A stretch of DNA of 64,000 nt from the human T2T-CHM13v2.0 reference genome, Homo sapiens: the NCBI RefSeq assembly GCF_009914755.1, contig NC_060932.1; one strand, 5' to 3'. How positions within the stretch are numbered: the stretch's first letter is position 1; each line of letters begins with the position of its first letter. Shown piece after piece: positions 55,191-64,000 of the stretch. A program made the position numbers and the translations under genes. The notes beneath the pieces are model-generated. The model saw only the letters and a program-made list of their open reading frames with translations, did no database searches and was not told the DNA's origin.

Positions 55191-56985
55191 ACACCATTTT
55201 TGAAACTTTTTGACCATAGATCAATTTTGCTTGTTCTTGAACTTCACATACATAGGATGTGAAGCTTGTATTTTGTTGTGGGCTAGGATGGGGGCAAGTA
55301 GTTTGGCTTCTTTCACTCAATGCAATGTCTGAGAGATTTATCCTGTTGTTGTATATATCAATATTTAGGACCATATTTCTGATGGGATATTTCTACTTGT
55401 ATATCCTGCTGGAAAATTCAATGCTATATACCACAGCCAAACACACTATTTCTATATTTTAAAATATGAACAGAGGTAACCTTTGGATCAGAATAATTAA
55501 AGCTGACCCTATAGAGTTTCTGGAATATTTTAATGAGATAATGTATATAAAATGCCTAGCGTACTACTCGAATAGTTGAAGTCAAAACAGTTATTCAGAA
55601 TTAGGGAAGGGTGACATCCTTATTGCTCCTTTTTAATCTTAGTTGTCTACTTGCTATTTAAGGGAGATAGGTCTTGAGCCATCTAGTGGTCATGGTATTA
55701 ATAGATATTTCAGCCTTTAATAGTACTAAATAAAATGATTCTGTGCTCTGGGGGGATTTAGCGATGCATTGGGGTCTGCTTATTTGTACATTTGCATGTG
55801 AGTTAATTTCTTGGGAATTACATATTAGGCTTTGGTAGTACCTTAATTAAGCCTTCTGTGTGAGAAAAATGGTGTAGATATTCTGTCACCTTTAAGCATA
55901 GAGTGATGTCTTTAATAACATAGAGAATCTTAATAAAAATAAATAAAAATAAATAAAATAAGCATAACCCTAGCCTTCATTCCATGTAAGTGTCAGACTT
56001 CATTGCTGAAGTAGTAAATTTTTCATTTTGCATAACCTTAAAGCTTAAGCATAATGTGAATCTATGGTCGTCATAGAAGCTCTACCAAACATTATAAATA
56101 TCTAGACAAAAGGAAAAAGGAAACAAAATTCTGGGAATTTGGAGCATAGAGTCAGGAGTCTCCCACTCTGGGAACTAATCCTGGAATCTGGGAAAGTGGC
56201 TGAACTGTAAATGTCTGGAGTCAGGAAAGAGTTATGCGTTGCTAGGAGCTCTATAAAGGAAAGAGTAACTACAGGAATTAAATTTCCACAAATCTCCAGT
56301 GCTATAGTTTTAGGCACTGCAGCTCAACTGCTGTAATACACACTTAACATGCTATAGAAGTGGCAAAATGCCAACTCCTTTCATACCCAAATTGTCATTT
56401 TAGCCTAGTTTGAGCTTTTATAGTGATAACACATTTAAAAATGGAAACAATAAGGAAACAAGATTTATTTTACACAGATTTGCTTCCCAGCTCATTCTGT
56501 GGCCATAGTCCATAACAATAAAAATGACAATAGTGAAAGAAAAGCACTTACCTTTTTTTCCCCCCAAAGTTCCTCCATTTCTCAGCCTCTTCTTTTTATG
56601 TAAATGCAGTAAAAAGGACATAAGAGTGACACCATGATCTGCTGGCTGCTGAAAATTTGGGGCAGCTACGGAGCCACTGAGTGGGCAGCAGTGATCAGAG
56701 GGGCAGGGCTCTTTCTGAACAGAGGCTATGAGGATCCTCAGGGTAAAGACACAGACCCACCTGTCTCTCTACAAGGCAGTGACAAAACACGGGGTAAGCA
56801 ATGGCCCTGACCTCGCTGTGCTTCTATCTTCATCTCCAAGTTGTGATATTAATGGTATCCACCTCACTAGCTATGTTATTATTCATTCACTGAATATTTA
56901 TTATCCTTGGTATGGGATATTCTGCTAATTGCAAAGATGTGAGTAAGACATGGCAACTCCTATGTTATTGCTGCTCCTTCTTATT

Positions 56986-57343
<358 letters not shown>

Positions 57344-57439
57344 TGAAGACTGGACGGCTTGCAGATGGGAGTATCAAAAATAAGAACTCTGGGTCATGGC
57401 TTTGTGTGCAAAGGTCAAGGAGAATGTGTGATGGAAGAA

Positions 57440-57655
57440 ACACAGCATGGTGTGACCGTAGCAATGTGACAAGTATTTCAGGACTTGAACCTCAGTTGTA
57501 TGCATGTGACCTTGGACAAGGTACTTGCATTCTCTGAACTTTCTTCATGGAACAGAGATGATCATGCACACCTACTTCCTAGGATTGAGGTGAAGATCAA
57601 TGAGGTAATGCATGAGGAAGACAGAGGAAAGGATAGAAAGTGATAATAATTATTC
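57440..57655 (+). mobile_element. MIR SINE
   Basis: tgtgaccttggacaaggtactt...gtgaagatcaatgaggtaatgcatg. Confidence 0.75.
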
Positions 57656-59134
57656 CCCATCCATATATTTACCACCTACTCTTCCAGTGATTTTTCTTTT
57701 TCACTTACTCTGTGCTGGGGTCCAGTGATAAGGCAGAGAGCAAGGCAGTCCTCCACAGCGTGGAGAAGGCCAAGTCTGCTGCAGCACACATGGGGACAAG
57801 CACAGCTCTCCTGCGGGCTTGGGTTGCAGCTACTTTGTATCTTGATGGCCTGAGACCAGATCTATGTTAGATGGCAGGTTTAGGAATATGGGCCATAAAA
57901 GAATCCTCCTCACTCAATTCATATGAGTTGGCTTCTGCATTTCATCGAGACTTCACCATCAAGACTCTTCTTGGGATGAGTGATGTAAAACAGGGAAGGA
58001 GGGAATAACTAATATATCAGGTTGTAGATGTCTGTTCACTTAGCCCTGATATTCCTACAAGACTTCTGTTAGCTTGCAGGGAAACCTTTATCTCTGGATT
58101 AAACTTCCAGTGTGCAGAGGGGCCTTATTTTGTACAATAGTTGTTTTTCTAAGGGGAAATGCAAAACAAAACAACAAAGATACAAACAAACCTGCCCAAA
58201 AATCTCATTTTAAACCTACGAGGACAGTTGTGGCTTATATTATAGGCTCAGGCAGCCCTAAGCACATGAACAGTCCTCCCTTAATTTATATAAAACTGGT
58301 AAAGTTAGTCTTGGATTTTCTCACAGTGAGAGATAGCCTTGTATTTAGTAACAAAAACTAACAGCTACCACCTGGGCTTGCTGGGGGCAGTTAGGAGCAG
58401 GTTATTCAGCTCTTACTTTAGATAAGCACTGGGTAAGAATGTCAGGTCTCCCCCTCCCCCCTTTTCCTGCTCCCCACATGCCACCCACCCCGGCTCTCCC
58501 AGATGTTTCAGATTCCAAGAATGTTTGCATTGATTAAACATTCTATTTTTTGCTTGTTTCCCCATCCTAGACCTTGAAAATGTTATCTCTACTTTTATTG
58601 CTTGAGATCAGGGTTACTTCTGGAAGGTGTGGCGTTCTGGGAAAAAAAAATCATATTCTGTGTTCTTCTCTCTCCTGGTTCTTTTCTTTCATATAAGTGG
58701 AAGCTAAAGTGACTTTAATGGCAGTTGTGATAGAAGGAGAGACTATCCAAAGTCTATCCTTGAAGGATTCTGCTAGAATGTTCCTTGAGTGATGGGTAAA
58801 GGAGTGTTTATGGGGCTTGTCTGCCATCTTTTTTTTTTTTTTTTTTTTTTAGAACCGGGCAGCCTTTGTTTAGTCATTAGGAGCATGGAGTTAATCCACG
58901 TGTGGGGAGGGGTGATATATGTGAGGAGGAAGAGAGGTGCGGATGGTTATATCGTCACATTCTGGGGAAGGAAATGAAAGGCAACAGTGCCAATGAACTG
59001 AATTTCGGAAAACAAGCCACAGACTAGAAATTAGTCCATCAGTTATTCAGTAGCCTAATTTTGATTCGAATGCACTTCACTGGTTTAGTACCCAGGTCAT
59101 TGCCTTCAAGCTATGCTTGGGCTAGTGATCAGAG

Positions 59135-59385
59135 GCAACTAATATGGAATACATTGTGGACTTCAAGTTAGTAGACTTGGGATAAAACTAGATCTTGCCA
59201 CTTCCCAACTCTACAGCCTTGGGCAAGTCAGTGAACCCTTCCGAACCTCAATTTCTTTATCTACTAAGACTTGGACTATAACATCTGCTTCATAGGACTG
59301 GCCTTTCCGTGTTCTTGTGAGCATTAAATGGAATAACATATGCAAAAATTTAAATCCATTGTTTGGCATCCAGTGGATGAATTGT
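59135..59385 (+). mobile_element. MIR SINE
   Basis: ccttgggcaagtcagtgaacccttccgaacctcaatttc. Confidence 0.75.
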
Positions 59386-59679
59386 ACTGTCAGGAATTTT
59401 GAAGTTCATAGAGTGCCCTTTCCTGAGGAAGAGATGCTTTCATGGGGGCTTCTGTGCTCAAAATTGCTTTAAAATGACCCATACCATTCTAAAAGTGGAT
59501 CTGATTTAGAGAATTCTGGGTCAAGGCTCTATTAAAATGCAAATTTTCATCAGTGGTTGTTCTTGACAAACTTTACTCTTTCACTATTTTGTGAAATAGG
59601 TGGGGTTTACAAAAATTGAAGGGTATGGTTTTAGCAATGATTTGGGGTGCTAATTCCCCCAATTTAAAGCATCAGATGG

Positions 59680-59836
59680 GGTCCATGACACTACTTAGGG
59701 ACCTGTGAAAAGTGCAGAAACTCAGGCTCACCACAGACCTGTGGCATCAGAATATCTGAGGGTGGTGCTAGAAATCTACATTAAAAACCAAGCACCCTGG
59801 ATGATTCTGTGCACAGCAAAGGCTGAGAGCCATTGC
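59680..59836. mobile_element. MER5A/B (hAT-Charlie)
   Basis: cagacctgtggcatcagaatatctgagggtgg...gatgattctg...tgagagccattg. Confidence 0.7.
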
Positions 59837-60827
59837 TTTAACTGTTATGGGTCATTTATTACTTAGGCTGACCATGGGATTTGAGCACAGATTTTGATGG
59901 TGTGGAAGGAAGTTGAGGAAGAAGAGGTAGCCAAGGGTTGGATGAGCGGTGAAGACAGAGATAGGAATAACTACAGACCAATTTTGCTGACTTCCTTGAT
60001 GTGAGAACCATCCCTTGCCTCATTAGGAAGGATCACCTTCTAGAGAGTGAGACTAGGGCTGATTTCGAAGCACTTGAGCCTGGAGCGAACCAATAACTTG
60101 CTTTTTTTCCCCTTCATTTTTTGATTTTGCACAAGGTTCTGCAAAGTCTCAATGTTGTGCTTAGAGATCCATGGTGTGAGGACTGGAGAACGTACTCCAG
60201 CCATGAATTGTGCCAGCGGGAACTTATTGTTTTTTTTCCTCTCTGATTAGAGTAAGCGTAAATCACATGCTTGCTAGTAGCACAAAAAATAGGTGTGAAT
60301 TAAGTTATTGTATTTCCTGAATTTAACTTTGCCTGCGTAATAATACTCAGCCCACATGAATAAAAGATGTGTTTTTCTCCCAGTGACACATCTGTGATTC
60401 CTCCCTCTACCTTCCCCACCCCAAACATCCTACAAGAAAAGGAAGAGAGCTTTAGCACCAAACACAAGGAGGTTTCACACAATTTAGCAGGCCATGGTGG
60501 AGTTCCTGGAATGGAGTGGAAAGCCCAAAATAGACATCCAGGAAGAAAAAAGGAAGCGGCTACAAAGACCTTACTTTAAGATTGCAGGACCCTGCTTTTA
60601 TTGCCACAATTGAGTCACGTGAATTTTTGGTCTCTGCCACCAAGAGGGGTGTTTCCCATGGATTGATTCATGTTGCCTGTTTCCTCCCTGAAGGAAAAAA
60701 AGGAAACTACTCTGATGATCTAAGTAGTCCCTGCCATCAAAGTAGTAAGAACTCACTGATTTTAGGTTCACACAGAAGTATCTGTGAAATAATGCCAGGC
60801 TGAGAGATTCTGTTCCTGTAAAAAGGC

Positions 60828-61015
60828 ATTCATTCGGCAAACACTTACTGAGTGCCCACTACATGCCAGGCAGTGTGCTAAGCAATGAGAGACAGAATCT
60901 AATAAGAAATTGCCCTTGTCATTAAGGAGGCTTTTGTCCACTGCAGAAGACGTAAAGTGAATGAGGAATGCCAGCAAAATATGAACCGAATGCTGTGGGA
61001 GCCCAAAAGACTGCT
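60828..61015 (-). mobile_element. L2 3' end
   Basis: cattcattcggcaaacacttactgagtgcccactacatgccaggcagtgtgctaag. Confidence 0.8.
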
Positions 61016-61093
61016 CTGATTTTCTCTGTGACCCTTCACATGGCTACAGCCCAGTGAAATTCAACAAAGACAACAGTTTCAAAGTTTAGTTGC

Positions 61094-61493
61094 TGTAGTG
61101 GGCTACATAGTGTTCTCCCCAAATTCATGTCCACCTGGAGCCTCAGAATGTGACCTTCTTTGGAAATAGGATCTTTGCAGATGTAGCTGAGTTGAAATGA
61201 GGTCATGTTGAATCAGGGTGAGCTCCAATAAGAAGAGGAGAGGGTACACAGAGTCACATGGGGGGAGAAGACCGTGTGAAGTTGGAAGCAGAGATTGGAG
61301 TGGCCAGCAACCACCAGAATTCAGAAGAGAGGCAGGGAACAGATTCTCCCTCCTAGCCCCCAGAAGGAACCAACCCTGCTGATGCCTTGATTTCAGTCTT
61401 CTGGCCTCCAGAACTGAGAGGGAATGCATTTCTGCTCTCTTAAGCCACCCAGTGTCTGGTAGTTTGTGATGGCAGCTCTGGGAAATGAATAGA
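61094..61493 (+). mobile_element. MLT1B/C solo LTR
   Basis: cccaaattcatgtccacctggagcctcagaatgtgacc...ttctggcctccagaactg...ggcagc. Confidence 0.9.
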
Positions 61494-62794
61494 ACTGCTT
61501 GCTACAGACTGCATGTTGTTGTCTGTCTCCTTGCTTTGCTCCTGAATCTGCTAAACACACACAGTGTTTCTCTTGGCATTTGAAAAACCTCCGAATACTG
61601 ATAAAAGGGAGAAACAAACAGGAGACAGTTCAGTAATGCAAAAGTTTCCATGGTTACTTTCTTATTTGCCTTCTACCTTGGTGTTTTCTAATCAGGTTAT
61701 TCTGGCTGGTTCTTAGCACTCCAAAACTGGTAATTCCTATGGCTGGAGTTATCTCTATCTCTGTTCTTACCTGCTGTCTTTCTTCACTTGAGCTATCTCC
61801 AACATCCTTTCAAAAAAAGCTTTGTCCCTTACAAAGCTCTCTAGCAACTAACCACATGGACTTGCTAACTCATGGTGCAATTGTAACTGTTGGCCTCACC
61901 TCCCTGAAAGAGAGATTAGCAGGAGGATAATGGCTATATGAATATGAGAATTTTAGCCTAATAGGCTCCCAGTTGTTCTTATGAATATAGGAATTTTCAT
62001 GTTGGGAGAGGAGAATCTAATGAAATTTTCTGTTGTATTGCTATAGAAGTTGAGGCAAGTGTTGGTGGTTTTTGAAACATCTTGGTAACCAGAGCCAGAG
62101 TTGAGATTGAATAAAAGGTCTTCTGTCCACCTTTCTACGTGTTGGGCAGAGATGGAGTGGCCATCAATTCCAGTGGTTTAGGTACCAGAGGTTAAGAAGT
62201 TTTCTCTCAGGTTGGATTATCTGGGAAAAATTTTAAAAATTCGACTTCTCTTCCCTTCCCCCAGCCTCATTATTAAGTAGATGCCAGATGGTGACTTGTA
62301 GATTGTATTTCAGTTTCCCCATTCACTCAGAAATTTTATGACTTTGGTTTCATATCCACAGGGCAAAATGTTTCCAAAGAAGCTTGAAAATTGTTGAGGG
62401 GATTGAATGTCCCTCCAACAGCCCCTTGGGAGGCACTTAGGGGTAAACGTATCTTTTTAATCTATTTATTGTGCTGTGTCTATGGGGGCTACTGGATATA
62501 TCATTTTGATAGAAAAAATAAGTTAAATTAGTCAAAGCAGTGGCCTGACTGAGCCAGACTCCCTCCATCCACCCCAAACATGACTGGTTGTGAAATTTGT
62601 GCTAGAAAGAAAACCCAGGATTATTAATGGGCTGGCCATCTAGAATATCTGTCATACTTTTGCTTTACAAACCGCTGCCCGCATCACTCTGTGAGCCAAG
62701 GAATAAGTCAACCAGACTTAAAATTATCACAGAAGCCACAGCTCTCATTCCCATTTCCAAGAATATGCCTGAGTGGAAGGACAGACAATCTCCT

Positions 62795-62980
62795 GAGTGG
62801 CTCTACCACTTATCAGAGATGTTGCTTTGTTACTTAGCCAGTCTGGCCTCAGTTTCCTCATCTGTAAAATGGTGGTCACTCAGTCCGCTTCTCAGGATTA
62901 CCATGAGGACGAGAGATGAAGTTCATGAAGGAGTTTTTGGCGAAGAGTAAGAGCTCCACAATTGGGAACTATGTTTATTA
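62795..62980 (+). mobile_element. MIR SINE
   Basis: ggcctcagtttcctcatctgtaaaatgg core. Confidence 0.85.
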
Positions 62981-62981
62981 T

Positions 62982-63318
<337 letters not shown>

Positions 63319-63791
63319 TGATTATTTGTGAGTCTTTGTGCATAGTCTTAACCATTATGAGCTTTTAAAATGGGAAGAAAGCCCTCCTAGGTTTATTAAT
63401 TAACTGACTTAAGAGACAAAATGTCTTTGCGTTACCATCAGTCACATTTTGGCTGTGGTTCATCTGCTTATTAATGTGTCCTTTCTCACGGCCCCTAGGA
63501 AACAGGTCAGCTGAATGTCTTGTGGCCTCTGCCTGGTCTTAGGTATCCTGGTGCAGGGACTGGGTGGCGGAAGTAGGAAGAGGCAGTGAATGGCACCCCT
63601 CTTTGGGCAAAAGTGTTGTCACCGACTTAGCTGAGTAGTTCGGGTCCCAAAGTACTCTTGCCTTAAAAGGCCCACAGGAGACATCCGAAGGCACAGAAGA
63701 GCAGATCATATTAAAATTATGGGGACATCTGATTGTTCTGTCTAACTCCTCTGGGAGAGGCAGATTCTCCATCCTACAGCAATCACACTGA

Positions 63792-64000
63792 TTTTTTTTT
63801 TTTTAAATTTAGAGATGTGGTCTTGCCCTGTTGCCCAGGCTGGAGTTCAGTGGCAGGATCATAGTTCACTGCATCCTGGAACTCCTGGCCTCAAGTGATC
63901 CTCCTACCTCAGCCTCCTGAGTAGCTAGGATCACAGGGGTGTGCCAACCTGCCTGACTAATTTTTTTATTTTTTTGTAGAGAAGAGGTCTTGCTATGTTT
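63792..64000 (-). mobile_element. AluJ (runs off window end)
   Basis: gatcatagttcactgca...caagtgatcctcctacctcagcc. Confidence 0.9.

Noticed and set aside
59030-59110. Possible miRNA hairpin
   Set aside because: No extended stem found by eye and no recognised mature sequence
60090-60257. Possible exon (pyrimidine tract, AAG acceptor, aga|GTAAGC donor)
   Set aside because: Atypical AAG acceptor and mediocre donor context

Overview
Primate (catarrhine, most likely human) non-coding genomic DNA. I find no credible protein-coding exon, tRNA, rRNA or CpG island. The ORFs I can assign are Alu, L1, LTR or DNA-transposon translations; the rest look like chance. About half the window is interspersed repeat: ~22 Alu/FLAM, old L1M/L1PB/HAL1 fragments, MIR, L2, solo MaLR/ERVL LTRs (MST, THE1, MLT1, MLT2A, MLT2C/D) and DNA transposons (MER44/Tigger7, a near-full-length Charlie1, MER3 x2, Tigger3a, MER33, MER5). 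Nearly all L1s and 17 of 22 Alus are on the minus strand, which suggests a long intron of a plus-strand gene; I could not identify the gene. Most notable features: a candidate recursive-splice/micro-exon site overlapping a perfect CArG box (~31.9 kb); a candidate intronic promoter/first exon followed by a STAT/ETS-IRF motif cluster (58.3-59.0 kb); and recurrent fold-back palindromes, including a perfect 29-bp hairpin in an MLT2A LTR. I cannot support a claim of a new biological system. Repeat names come from recalled consensus sequences, and boundaries without TSDs are approximate.
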